This document shows positions 37,606 to 51,487 of a DNA stretch of 64,000 nt, in pieces (position 1 is the stretch's first letter; the number at the start of each line of letters is the position of its first letter). Below the pieces are notes generated by a model. It did no database searches, was not told where the DNA came from, and saw only the letters and a program-made list of their open reading frames with translations. Source of the stretch: Octopus sinensis (taxonomy: Eukaryota); the NCBI RefSeq assembly GCF_006345805.1, contig NC_043004.1:50468001-50532000 (forward strand), read 5' to 3'. The position numbers and the translations under genes are program-made.

Positions 37606-37986
37606 GGGTTGTGTGGTAAGTAGCTTGCTAACCAACCACATGGTTCCGGATTCAGTCCCACTGCGTGGCATCTTGGGAAAGTGTCTTCTGCTATAGCCCC
37701 GGGACGACCAATACCTTGTGAGTGGATTTGGTAGACGGACACTGAAAGAAGCCTGTCGTATATATGTGTATATATATGTGTGTGTGTCTGTGTTTGTCCC
37801 CCTAGCATTGCTTGACAACCGATGCTGGTGTGTTTATGTCCCCGTCACTTAGCGGTTCGGCAAAAGAGACCGATAGAATAAGTACTGGGCTTACAAAGAA
37901 TAAGTCCCGGGGTCGATTTGCTCGACTAAAAAGGCGGTGCTCCAGCATGGCCGCAGTCAAATGACTGAAACATGTAAAAGAGTAAA
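37606..37986 (+). mobile_element. SINE family B
   Basis: matches the other family B copies. Confidence 0.88.
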
Positions 37987-38364
37987 CATATATAATATAT
38001 GATGTAATATAATATAATACACACACACATACACACATATATATGTATACATATATATGTGTGTGTGTATTATATTACATCATATTATATTATATGATAT
38101 GTTATATATGTACATATATATATAATTATTTTCATCATCATCATCTTCACTGTTTTATTGTCCACTGTTAATTTGTGTTGGTGGAATTCATTGAGGTAGA
38201 TCTTTTTTGTAGCTGGATGTTTCTCCTGTCACCAACCTGCACCTGTTTCCAAGCCAGGTTGTGTTTCTCCATGGCTGAAGAAATTTTCCCAGAGGATTTG
38301 AGATGGGAGTCACTGCTTATATGACGGTGACACTCATTTACAACAATCATGCATTGTCAGAATA

Positions 38365-38416
<52 letters not shown>

Positions 38417-38889
38417 CGTTTTGGTATTTGGTTTGCAAGATTCTTTATGTGAATTTGTGTGTTGAAGCTTATATTACTGTGTATGGGGAGAGTCATTCTG
38501 TTTTAATGCCTTATTCATTAACACACTCACTGGTTTGATTTCCACTCATTTACTTACTTAGTGTTTCTAAAATTTTCATTGCTTATTGCAACCTCTTCAA
38601 AAGTCATATATATGCTGTATACATATTTTTTGATCAGCAGTAAAGCTACATATGTGACTCATAAACATAGACTTTCATGCAATGAATTTATCAATCAAGC
38701 ATATTGTATATAAATATGAACAAACATAAAAAAAAATATATATGTATATCTGTCGTAATAACCATGCACATTATATATAGATAAAATATTGTATTTGCAA
38801 CTTGTGTATACTGTATATACGTCTATGTATGTATATGTGTGTAATTTTATTTTCATCTGAAATGTTAATTTTTATTGAATATTGAACAA

Positions 38890-39007
38890 TTAAGACACCT
38901 GGATGTTTCCATCACTGTCTGAATTTAAGCACCAAATTGATACAGCCCCTGTGGAACTTCCATCTTTGGAGTCGTAATCGCAAAATTCTTCAGAAAGAAT
39001 CTTCAAT
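38890..39007 (-). CDS. OvoA-C-like methyltransferase gene, probable terminal exon (R)LKILSEEFCDYDSKDGSSTGAVSIWCLNSDSDGNIQVS*
   Basis: tttttttactccatag acceptor; 118 nt, phase-compatible with exon 46461-46569; TAA at 38892-38890. Confidence 0.72.
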
Positions 39008-39216
39008 CTATGGAGTAAAAAAATTCACTTTTAAATATATATATATTTAAGTACATGTATATGAAAAATAATATAAGTAGTTCAGCAGAATATATCCATA
39101 GAATAAGCACCAGGCTTACAAAGAATATGTTCAGGGGTCGATTTCTTCAACTAAAAGTTGGTGCTTCAGTATGGCCACAGTCAAAATGACTGAAACAAGT
39201 AACAGAGTAAAAGAGT

Positions 39217-39275
<59 letters not shown>

Positions 39276-39953
39276 TATATAAACCTTACTTGGAAATGGA
39301 TGTGTGGTGTTTGATAATATAATAATATAAATAATATATATATATATATATATACTAGCAGTATTGCCCGGCTCGTGCGTTCTATGCACGCAAGAATTAA
39401 GCTAAACTTGGATGAAGTTCAATCAAAATTCAATTATATTGGTTTTAAAATCAAGCATTTAATGCCCTCTATTTTTGTGCTTATGTGTTCCATTTCCTCA
39501 GTAGGAAGTACATAGAAGCGTTTCATAAATTTTTGTTGATCAAATATTAATGGCTGAAAATATCTCTATAATAAGCTGTACCAGATGAAGGACCAAATTT
39601 GCTAAGTAAACTGTATTAAACACACACACACAGTTCTACACATATGCTTTGGTTTTTGAAAATGCAACATTGAACAAAGGCTATCCTAATATTTGAATGA
39701 AACCATTTCACTTTAATTTGTGGAACCAGTTGCTCCTGTATGATAAAACTTAATATTTATTTAATCAGTGAGATATTAGACTAAATCAATTGAAGATCAC
39801 ACAACAGACTCAGTAGTTGTCAGTTTGTATTCTGTCATTTGTAACTTCAACACAAGAGAGTCTCTTTTTCAAGTATGGACTTTATGAAATTTTACTCATC
39901 ATACATTGAAGGACAAATCTTTCAATTTACAATTTAATATAGTGGAGCATTTA

Positions 39954-40000
<47 letters not shown>

Positions 40001-40299
40001 ACCTATTGTATGCATTGTGTTATTTTTGTAATTTACTTAATCTTTACTTTTTAATTGTCATTTTGATTTTAAATTTTCTATGATATGTAATTTTCTGGAT
40101 GGTGTAATTTAATTATTCATTTTGAGTTGATAAAAGGTGGTTTTTTTCTAATGTTTTATGTATATGTATGTATATATAGTGGTATAAATATCAACACAAT
40201 TATTTCTCCTTCCTTTTTTTTCCTCTTCTCCTTTCTTCCCTTCTCCAAACTCACAGACACCCCCACACACATGCACACACACACAGACACACACACACA

Positions 40300-40340
<41 letters not shown>

Positions 40341-40638
40341 CCACAAAAAAATCATAAAAAGAATTCTTCTTCTCTAAACCCCAAAAAAACCATTTGACCA
40401 TCCCTTATTAAACACACACACACACACACAATGAGAAAAAGAAATATAATTTATGGTCTACCTCCCTGCCACCACACACTCAATAACACTATGAATTGGT
40501 CAAAACTGAAATTCTTTTCCCCCAAGATCTTAGACACCCCCTTGGAGTAAGCATGCTGTCCAGCAGAGCAAAAAAATTATTTTCTGCTTCTTCTTCCCTC
40601 TCCCTTTCCCTCTTCTTCTTTAGCACTCATTCCAAATA

Positions 40639-40690
<52 letters not shown>

Positions 40691-40715
40691 CTCTCTCTCT
40701 CTCTCACTTTCTCCT

Positions 40716-41092
40716 CGCAATGGCCCAGTGGTTAGGGCAGTGGACTCGCGGTTGTAGGATCGCGGTTTCGATTCCCCGACCGGGCGTTGTGAGTGTTTAT
40801 TGAGCGAAAACACCTAAAGCTCCATGAGGCTCCGGCAGGGGATGGTGGTGATCCCTGCTGTACTCTTTCACCACAACTTTCTCTCACTCTTACTTCCTGT
40901 TTCTGTTGTACCTGTATTTCAAAGGGCCGGCCTTGTCACTATCTGTGTCACGTTGAATATCCCCGAGAACTACGTTAAGGGTACACGTGTCTGTGGAGTG
41001 CTCAGCCATTTACATGTTAATTTCACGAGCAGGCTGTTCCGTTGATTGGATCAACCGGAACCCTCGTCGTCGGAACCGACGGAGTGCTTCCA
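40716..41092 (+). mobile_element. SINE family A
   Basis: near-identical to the other family A copies. Confidence 0.9.
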
Positions 41093-41343
41093 CCATCATT
41101 CCTCCCCACCACTACAAACTCAATACCACTATAAAATGGTCAAAACTTTTCACACAAGAACTTAGTTTGATTTGAAAACCTCAATAGAATGGGAGAAAGC
41201 TCTAATACATGATCTAAGTTATATGATGTATAAAAAATGTAATATATGAATAAACATCTGTAAATATAAACCATCCGATTTTCTGAGTACCTCATTTCTT
41301 CTAAGTTATATATATATATATATATATATATCTATGTACACAT

Positions 41344-41383
<40 letters not shown>

Positions 41384-41384
41384 C

Positions 41385-42327
41385 ATCATCATCATCATCG
41401 TTTAACGTCCGTTTTCCATGCTAGCATGGGTTGGATGGTTTTGACTGGGGGCTGGTAACTAGATGGCTGCACCAGGCTCCAGTCTTGATCTGGCAGAGTT
41501 TCTACTGCTGGATGCCCTTCCTAACGCCAACCACTCCAAGAGTGTAGTGGGTGCTTTTTACATGCCACCAGCACGGGGGTCAGTCAGGCGGTACTGGCAA
41601 TGACCTCGCTCGAATCTTTTTACACGTGCCACTGACACAGGTGCCAGTGAAGTGACGTTGGTAATGATCATGCTCGAATGGTGCCCTTTTACATGCCACG
41701 GGTATGGAAGCCAGTTGGCTGCTCTGGCAACGATCACAATGATCACGCTCGGATGGTGTTCTAGGCACCCTACAAGCACAGGCATAAGTGCCAGTAAGGC
41801 GACGCTGGTAACGATCATACTCGAATAGCCTCTCTGTCAATGATCACACTAGTATGGTGCTCTTTGCACCCTGCTAGCACGGATGCCAGTGATCGAAATG
41901 ATTTTGATTTTGATTTGATTTTGATTTTGATTTCACTTGCTACAACAGGTCTTTGCAAGCAAAGTTTAGTGACCAAAGAAGGAAAAGCTATGCATAAGCG
42001 GGCTGGTTATGCTCCTGGCATAGGCCATGGGTTATGGTCTCATTTAGCTTGCCGGGTCTTCTCGAGCACAGCATATTTCCAAAGGTCTCGGTCGCTAGTC
42101 ATTTTCTTGGTGAGGCCTAATGTTCAAAGGTCATGCTTCACCACTTCATCCCAGGTCTTCCTGGGTCTACCTTTTCCACAGGTTCCCTCAACGGCTAGGG
42201 TATGGCACTTTTTCACACAGCTATCCTCATCCATTCTCACCAGATGACCATACCAAAGCGTCGTCTCTCTTGCACAAGTCCAACTTTTCTCTCAAGGTAC
42301 TCACACTCTGTTGAGTATGCACACTGG
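41385..42327 (-). mobile_element. RTE LINE 3' fragment (ORF2 C-terminus plus 3' UTR)
   Basis: reverse complement matches ~45230-46145. Confidence 0.85.
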
Positions 42328-42640
42328 ATATATATATATATGGATATATATATATAATATATAATATATATATATATATATGGATATATATATATATATA
42401 TATATATATATGGATATATATATATATATGTGTATATATATATTATATATATATATATGGACATATATATATGTATTATGTGGTAAGTAGCTTGCTTACC
42501 AACCACATGGTTTCGGGTTCAGTCCCACTGCATGGCACCTTGGGCAAGTGTCTTCTACTATAGCCTCAGGCTGACCAAAGCCTTGTGAGTGGATTTGGTT
42601 GACGGAAACTGAAAGAAGCCCATCGTATATATATATATAT

Positions 42641-45600
42641 ACAGGTACAAGATTTTCTGGGCAGGGAACACTGACGGAGTCGGGGGCGTGGGTATACTTC
42701 TTGCGGAGAAATGGGTAGGTAAGGTAATCGAGGTAGTCAGAGTAAGTGACAGAGTAATTAAAATTAGATTAGTTCTTCACCATAGGACAGCTACCATCAT
42801 CTCGGCATATGCCCCTCAACCAGGGCTACCGGAAGGACAAAAAGACCAATTCTATGACACCCTATTGCGGACTACTCATTGACAAATGACAGTGACCTTC
42901 TCTTCGTAGCAGGTGATTTCAATGGACATGTTGGACGACATGTTGGGGGCTTCCATGGCGTCCATGGAGGCTACGGTTTTGGCTCTCGAAATGAGGAAGG
43001 AACCAGGCTGCTGGAGTTCTGCGATGCAAATGACCTTATGGTCTGCAATACCCACTTCAGGAAACCCACCTCTCACCTAGTCACCTACCGTTCTGGCAGA
43101 CACACCAGCCAGATTGACTACATCCTTGCCAGAAAAAGGGAAAGAGGGCTGATTATAAATGCCAAAACCTTCCCAGGCGAAGAATGTACTCCCCAACATA
43201 GATTAGTAGTTAGCGACTCTTCAGGATCAGAGCTAAATGGTTGCCCAGAAGAAGACCAGCTTGGAGGAGAAGGGTCTGGAAGCTTAAAGATCCTGCAAAT
43301 GGACAGAGATTTAGAGACATACTACTCGAAGCCTCTGACGAAATAGAAGGGGATATAGCTTCACTTAATGTGGAAGACAACTGGAGATTCCTACGGGACA
43401 ATCTGCTGACAGCCACTGACCAGATCTGTGGATGGAGCAAAGTACCATCTCGACCCAGAGTAACATGGTGGTGGAACACTGTGGTTGACAGGGCTATTAG
43501 ACAAAAGAGACAGGCTTGGAAGGACTGGAAGAACGGTGGTAGCAGGGATTGTATCAGACAGCCAAAAGGGAAGCTAGGAGACAGGTTTATTTAGCCAGAG
43601 GGAAGCGGATAAGAAAAAATTTGCCAATGTTCTGAGCCGTGAGGATGAAAGACTTGAGGTATTTCGTGTTGCAAGACAGTGTGTGAGAGAGAATTGTGAT
43701 GTGGTAGAGAGAAGTGTGTTCGCATGGATGATGATTCACTTGCGCTAAATGAGGATGCAAAGAGAGAGGTTTGGAGATGCCACTATGAAAGGTTGCTGAA
43801 TAAAGAAAATGAATGGGATAAAGAGAGTCTGCCGAATGTTGACCCAACAGAGGGACCAGCTATCCGAGTTGATAGTTCCGTGGTAGCTAAGGCAATTAGA
43901 AGCATGAAGACAGGGAAAGCCCCAGGCCCATCAGGAATTACTGCAGAGATGCTCAAAATATCTGGCAGTGTCGGCTATAACCTAGTCACCCGTATAGTCA
44001 ACCAGGTGATACACGAAGGAGTCATACCCAATGACTGGTGTAGCAGCATACTAGTCAACTGCTACAAAGGTAAAGGTGATGCCCTGGATACAAATAATTA
44101 CAGAGGTATCAAGCTGTTGGATCAGTAATGAAGGTTACGGAGAGGGTCATAGCCCAACTAATTAGAGAGAGAGTTAGTTTAGATGAGATGCAGTTTGGTT
44201 TGTCCCAGGGAAAAGCACCACTGATGCTATATTCCTGGTAAGGCAGCTGCAGGAGAAATACCTAACCAAAGATAAGCCCCTGTACCTGGCTTTCGTTGAC
44301 ATGGAGAAAGCCTTTGATAGGGTCCCCCGATCCCTCATCTGGTGGTCAATGAGGAAACTAGGGATAGATGAATGGCTGGTGAGGGCTGTGCAAGCCATGT
44401 ACAGAGATGCCGTAAGTAAGGTTAGAGTTGGCAGCATGTACACAGAAGAATTCAAGGTAGAGGTTGGGGTCCACCAGGGTTCAGTACTCAGCCCCCTCCT
44501 ATTTATCATAGTCCTCCAGGCAATTGTGGAGGAATTCAAGACAGGTTGCCCCTGGGAGCTCCTCTATGCTGACGACCTCGCTCTAATCGCTGAGTCACTA
44601 TCAGAACTGGAGAAGTTCCAGGTGTGGAAGGAGGGTTTAGAATCGAGGGGCCTTAGAGTCAACCTAGCTAAAACCAAAGTACTAATAAGTAGAAAGTTAG
44701 AAAATCCACAAATATCCTCAGGAAGATGGCCCTGCTCGATCTGTAGAAAAGGTGTAGGTAGAAACTCTATAAGATGTACCCAGTGTAAGCTATGGACACA
44801 TAAGAGGTGCAGCAATGTCAAAGGTAGGCTAACTGGGAAGATAGTTTTTGTATGTGGCAGATGCTCTGGAGCATTGACCTCCGAAAATCTGCAGAAAACA
44901 ACTTACGTCACTTTCCGGGGGGAAAAACTAGAAGTAGTTGATAGCTTCCGCTATCTAGGTGACCAAGTCAGTAGTGGGGGGCGGGTGCGCTGAAAGTGTA
45001 ACTGCTAGAATAAGAATAGCCTGGGCAAAGTTTAGGGAGCTCTTACCTCTGCTGGTGACTAAAGGCCTCTCGCTCAGAGTAAAAGGCAGACTGTATGATG
45101 CATGTGTACGAACAGCTATGCTACATGGCAGTGAAACATGGGCCGTGACTGCTGAGGACATGCGTAAGCTTGTGAGGAACGAAGCCAGTATGCTCCGATG
45201 GATGTGTAATGTCAGTGTACTTACTCGACAGAGCGTTAGTACCTTGAGAGAAATGTTGTACCTAAGAAGCATCAGTTGTTGTGTGCAAGAGAGACGATTG
45301 CGCTGGTATGGTCATGTGGCGAGAATGGATGAAGATAGGTGTGTGAGAAGTGCCAATCCCTAGCAGTTGAGGGAACCCGTGGAAGAGGTAGACCCAGGAA
45401 AACCTGGGACGAAGTGGTGAAGCACGACCTTCGGACGTTAGGTCTCACCATGGAAATGACTAGAGACCGAGACCTATGGAAGTATGCTGTGCGTGAGAAG
45501 ACCCGGCAAGACTAGTGAAGCCATAATCCGTGGCCCCTACCTGGGACGTAGTCAGTCCACCTGTGCATACCTTCCTTCTTGTGACACTTGTGAAGACCTG

Positions 45601-46145
45601 TTGAGGCAAGTGAGAATCGAATCGAATCAAATCAAATCAAATCGAACCAAATCAAAATAGATGAACATCAATGGAATTTGTATCCTTGTGGTACCAGTGC
45701 CGGTGGCACATAAGAAAGCCATCCGAACGTGATCGTAGCCAGTACCGCAACGACTGGCCTCCGTGCTGAGGGCACATAACAAACACCATCCGAGCGTGGC
45801 CGTCCGCCAGCCCCGTCTGGCACCTGTGTCGGTGACACATAAGAAAACACCATCCGAGCGTGGCCGTCAGCCAGCCTCGTCTGGCACCTGTGTCGGTGGC
45901 ACATAAAAAACACCATCCGAGCGTGGCCGTCTGCCAGCCTCGTCTGGCACCTGTGTCGGTGGCACATAAAATCACCCACTACACTCTCGGAGTGGTTGGC
46001 GTTAGGAAGGGCATCCAGCTGTAGAAACACTGCCAGATCTGACTGGCCTGGTGCAGCCTTCGGGCTTGCCAGACCCCAGTTGAACCGTCCAACCCATGCT
46101 AGCATGGAAAGCGGACGTTAAACGATGATGATGATGATGATGATG
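42641..46145 (+). mobile_element. 5'-truncated RTE-clade LINE, ORF2 (APE, RT, PHD finger) with frameshifts
   Basis: APE: SAYAPQ, VAGDFNGHVG, IDYIL; RT: FVDMEKAFDRVPR, GVHQGSVLSPLLF, LLYADDL; C-terminal LRWYGHVARMDE; (GAT)n tail at ~46122-46145. Confidence 0.95.
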
Positions 46146-46187
<42 letters not shown>

Positions 46188-46460
46188 TGTTTGTGTGTCT
46201 GCGTTTGTCCCCCCCAACATCGCTTGACAACTGATGCTGGTGTGCTTACATGTCCATAACTTAGCGGTTCGGCAAAAGAGACCGATTGAATAAGTACTAG
46301 GCTTACAAAGAATAAATCTTGGGGTTGAGTTGCTCGACCAAAGGCGGTGCTCCTGCATAGTCACAGTCACATGACTGAAACAAGTAAAATAATAAAAAAC
46401 ACTATGTTATTTTAATCCCGAGCAAGGCCGGGTTATCTGCTAGTATATAACAATTCTTAC

Positions 46461-46569
46461 CTGGGCTGTAGGTACTGCTGTAACTCAGCTGCTGTCCATG
46501 TGGTGTCTTTAGAAGTAATGACCAATAAGCCATCATGCTTCAGCAATTCCCAAAGTCGATAAAGCCAAG
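46461..46569 (-). CDS. OvoA-C-like methyltransferase exon (A)WLYRLWELLKHDGLLVITSKDTTWTAAELQQYLQP
   Basis: ttatttacag/gtaaga splice sites; 109 nt phase 1 to 2; L...G.LVITS is a class I MTase motif. Confidence 0.85.
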
Positions 46570-46987
46570 CTGTAAATAAATCAAATATATAGCCATTTGT
46601 CTGAGAGGAGAAGTGTTGTAGTTGTTGCTGGCTCATTTCTGATCAAGTAGACTTATGATCAAAGATGTTCCGTCCAATTTTTACTCAAAAATAATCTCTC
46701 CAGTTATACATTATATAATGTAGCTTTAATTTTTAAAGATACTAAGAAGTTATTTGAGGGAGATTTGGTTGTTATTTCTAACCAGTCACATTTATAGCTA
46801 ATGTGATTCAAGAATTTGGTTTCCATTGTAATCACATAGTAGATTTTCTAAGGTGTGTTGACTGAAATATGTAACTTGACTTAATCTTTTAGCATTTGCA
46901 CTAACCATATGGTCCAAATATTCTATCTGTTTTAGCTTTTTTTTTTCGTTCCATTTGATCAGATTCAGCCTCTTGCAGCTATCCTAT

Positions 46988-47413
46988 ACTCTTTACTCTT
47001 TTACTCTTTTACTTGTTTCAGTCATTTGACTGCAGCCATGCTGGAGCACCGCCTTTAGTCGAGCAAATCGACCCCGGGACTTATTCTTTGTAAGCCCAGT
47101 ACTTATTCTATCGGTCTCTTTTGCTGAACCGCTAAGTGACGGGGATGTAAACACACCAGCATTGGTTGTCAAGCAATGCTAGGGGGACAAACACAGACAC
47201 ACAAACACACACACACACATATATATATATATACATATATACGACATATATATATATATATACATATATACGTCTACCAAATCCACTCACAAGGCATTGG
47301 TCGGCCTGGGGCTATAGCAGAAGACACTTGCCCAAGATGCCACGCAGTGGGACTGAACCCGGAATCATGTGGCTGGTTAGCAAGCTACTTACCACACAGC
47401 CACTCCTGCGCCT
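46988..47413 (-). mobile_element. SINE family B
   Basis: matches family B, with a small internal deletion. Confidence 0.88.
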
Positions 47414-48352
47414 ATAATGTCATTCTAAAAATAAACTATCACATGTTTGAAATCTTGAAACTACAAGATAATGCAGGATAAATTCAAAGCAATGTGAATA
47501 AATAAATAAACAATACATTTGACAGAGTAATCTGAATGTTAAAGATGTAAATTGAGTGATCTCACCCAAAACTAAATAAACAAACTGCATTCCATTGCAA
47601 TCAGAAATGTCGAGTCTACAAACATTTTTATGTCCTTTAACATTTTTTAGTCCTTCTTTAACATTTCTCTCAAAAGGTATGTCGTTTCCAATTGTTAATA
47701 TATCATTTTGATCTAATTGAACCTAAATAATTTTTATTGTATAATTGTTGTGCGGGTGGCATGTAAAAAGTACCCACTACACTCACGGAGTGGTTGGCAT
47801 TAGGAAGGGCATCTAGCTGTAGAAACATTGCCAGATCAGACTGGGATGGTGCAGCCTTCTGGTTTTCCCAGACCCCAGTTGAACCGTCCAACCCATGCAG
47901 GCATGGAAAGCGGACGCTAAATGATGATGATGTAACCTCAACTGAGATCAGTTGTCTCATGCAGATCGACTTTTTATTTTAAAAAAAATGCGGTAACTTA
48001 TTGTTAGTAAGGTTTTTTGCTCTTACCAACCTTGTCTTTGGAAAATTATTCCGTATTTACATCTGCACAACATTTCAGTCAGTTTGGTTGTTAATTATCA
48101 TCAGGTGTCTAATTCCTGGATGTGTTCTTAGCGCCAAGCAACATTCAAGCTAAGACTCTCTTACTAAATGTAACAATATTGTTAGCGCTAAAGAAATTTT
48201 GAGTGAAGGTTTTAGACTAAGATGGTGAGATACACAGTATTATCCTTAGTTTTTAGTTCTAATCCAGTCTGGTACTATATACACATCACAAAAATAAGAT
48301 ATTCTATGGCAGTTGAGGGTTATTATTAATTATGTTAATGTGTGGAACTTAC

Positions 48353-48431
48353 CTTTTGTATTCTGTAAACGCTCAAGAAATGTGACAAGGACCAAGCTGT
48401 GGGAACCCAGCTCCATGGATAACCAGGTTAA
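48353..48431 (-). CDS. OvoA-C-like methyltransferase exon [26 protein letters not shown]
   Basis: ttcatcttccag/gtaagt splice sites; 79 nt phase 0 to 1. Confidence 0.82.
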
Positions 48432-48439
48432 CTGGAAGA

Positions 48440-48903
<464 letters not shown>

Positions 48904-49158
48904 TCTCTATATATATAAAACTGAGAATGTGTGTCTGTCTGTCTGTCTGTTTCCCTAAAACTTGAGAACTACACAACCAATTTCATTCAAATTTTACACA
49001 TGCCTTACTTAGTGTTCATGTAGTGTCATGGGAAAAAAAACAAAAAAATGTTCAACTTCTTGCCTAGAGCGAGCCCACAGCAATCTCATATCTTCTCCAC
49101 TATTTCAGTATTATGTGTTAAAAGTGAAACAAAAACATCTCTCTATTGTATGTATATG

Positions 49159-49209
<51 letters not shown>

Positions 49210-49280
49210 CAAAATATAAAGTTATATCTTGAGATCGTTAGTGACAACAACGCTCAAAATATATAACAGACTGGAATAGT
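48904..49280 (+). mobile_element. 5' part of the same non-autonomous Helitron family as 10009-11017
   Basis: A|TCTCTATATATATAAAACTGAGAATG start; reverse complement of ~10780-11017. Confidence 0.7.
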
Positions 49281-50327
49281 AGTGCTCAAATGAGCTGTAT
49301 ACACTTTTTAATCCGAGGGGAGGCAATGCGAGCAGCAACTACAAGAGCACTACAAAATCCACAGAAAGATCAAACACATACATATATTCATATATTCATT
49401 TATATCTACAGAACAGACATAAAGCCTGACATTTAGAAATATATAGTAATATATAAATATATAAACATCATATAAAAATATATTGTACGCATAAGATCCA
49501 CTCAACGTTCCCTAAGAAATTTTAAAATAAAATTTGCAATAAAAGTTAGAGGTAATAATAACAATTGAATTAAATATAGTAAATATAGAAAGTAGTAATT
49601 AAATATATTTTATTTTATTAAAATGGTAATTAAATCGTAATATAACAATTAAAAGAAAAAATAGCAATTAGTATAAAATGTATCAAGGATTTGAACTTGA
49701 ATATGTGGCTTTGCATGAATGGGAGAAATTAAAAGATGCTATAAAGTTGTTGGCATTAGGATGGGTGTCCAGCTGTAAAGCACATCCACCTGTGAAAATC
49801 AGACATTGGAGCACAATGCAGTCCTTGGTCCTGTTATTTCCCGTCGAACTGTCCAACACATGCCACCATGGAAGAGGGACATTAAAGGATGGTGGTGGTG
49901 GTGGTGGTGGTGAAGAAATATGTATGTATCTATGCTATGTGTGAGGAGGAGGAGTAACATTGCATGAGGAATGTAAACTAGTGTCATTTGTTTTTTTTTC
50001 CAATCTTCCTTAAAAACCACATCTGGCCACAGGGAAATATTATCTTGCTTGGGAACAGGTAAAAGATGGTGACAGGTAGGGAATCTGGCCTTAGAAAAAA
50101 ATCTTCCCCAACAAATTCCACGAACCTACGCATGCATGCATGGATGGAAAAGTGGATGTTCAAATGACGATGATGATTATAATGATGATGATGATGATAA
50201 TGATGATATGCCATACAGTAAGTTTTTTTCAAGACTCATAAATGATGGCGAAAATGATGATGATAATGATGAGAGCGATGCTAAAGGTGACAATTTTCAT
50301 TGCAATCAGTTTAATGTAAGATCTTAC

Positions 50328-50471
50328 CTGTTTAAATATGACATTCTCTCGACTCCATGAGGGATCAATTTCCACTTCTTTACCAAGACTGTATGGTATA
50401 ATGGTGCTGTTGGAAGATTTAATTTTCTCTGCGACTGACAGAAGCCTGTTGCTGTAGTCTATACCCAACAC
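50328..50471 (-). CDS. OvoA-C-like methyltransferase exon VLGIDYSNRLLSVAEKIKSSNSTIIPYSLGKEVEIDPSWSRENVIFKQ
   Basis: tactacag/gtaaga splice sites; 144 nt phase 0-0; GIDYS is the SAM-binding motif II. Confidence 0.88.
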
Positions 50472-50650
50472 CTGTAGTATCAATAGAAACGTCACTTTGT
50501 ATGTATGTATTAATGTATGTATTAATGTATACATGTATGTATGTATGTATGTATGTATGCATGCATGTATGAATTTATATAATATGCATGTGTGTTCTCT
50601 TTCTCTTTTTAATTTAGAACACATTTTGACTGGCCCCCTACTTGGTGGAT

Positions 50651-51027
50651 GGAAGCACTCCGTCGGTTCTGACGACGAGGGTTCCGGTTGATCCGATCAA
50701 TGGAACAGCCTGCTCGTGAAATTAACGTGTAAGTGGCTGAGCGCTCCACAGACACGTGTACCCTTAACGTAGTTCTCGGGGATATTCAGCGTGACACAGA
50801 GAGTGACAAGGCCGGCCCTTTGAAATACAGGTACAACAGAAACAGGAAGTAAGAGAAAGTTATGGTGAAAGAGTACAGCAGGGATCACCACCATCCCCTG
50901 CCAGAGCCTCGTGGAGCTTTTAGGTGTTTTCGCTCAATAAACACTCACAACACCCGGTCTGGGAATCGAAACCGCGATCCTATGACCGCGAGTCCGCTGC
51001 CCTAACCACTGGGCCATTCCGCCTCCA
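50651..51027 (-). mobile_element. SINE family A
   Basis: full copy; TSD ccctacttggt. Confidence 0.9.
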
Positions 51028-51487
51028 CCCTACTTGGTAGAAATGTTGTGAAGGGAAGCATCTTGTTTTAACCATCATCTTTTAAATCTGAAGTATATCT
51101 TTCAGATTTTTATAGTCCCAGATAACGTGATCATTTTTAGCATATGAATTAAGGATTTGCGTTCCCTCCCCGAGATCCCAGGTTCAGTCATACTTGGCTC
51201 CAGATGGATTAGTATGTACCCTGTTGCTCCTGTAATAACAGGTATGAATCTGAAAGTGTATCATGGGTACTGGATTTGCAAACTCCTCGTTAATGGTCCA
51301 CAGCTGTCTTCTTCCTCTTAATTTTTCTAACTATATTGGTATCTTTTCCTTGTGATCCTGCACAACAATATCTGTTGTGCTTTCACTTGGTGGCTGCTTT
51401 AAGTTCCACCAATATTCTTTTGGCCTTTTGGTCTCAATATAGTGAACTTCATCTGTGGGTGTTTTCTTTTTTGTTGTCCTGTTCTAC

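Noticed and set aside
38570-38602. Second hammerhead-like motif on the minus strand (TTGAAGAG-GTTGC-AATAA-GCAAT-GAAA)
   Set aside because: C3 is U, the stem II register is off by one base, and no stem III/GUH or stem I could be formed
45690-45970. CRISPR-like array
   Set aside because: Units are contiguous tandem repeats without unique spacers, inside a LINE 3' UTR in eukaryotic DNA, and no cas genes are present
41385-46145. Twin-priming inversion of the RTE element
   Set aside because: Both the minus and plus segments carry their own 3' UTR and tail, so they are two independent insertions
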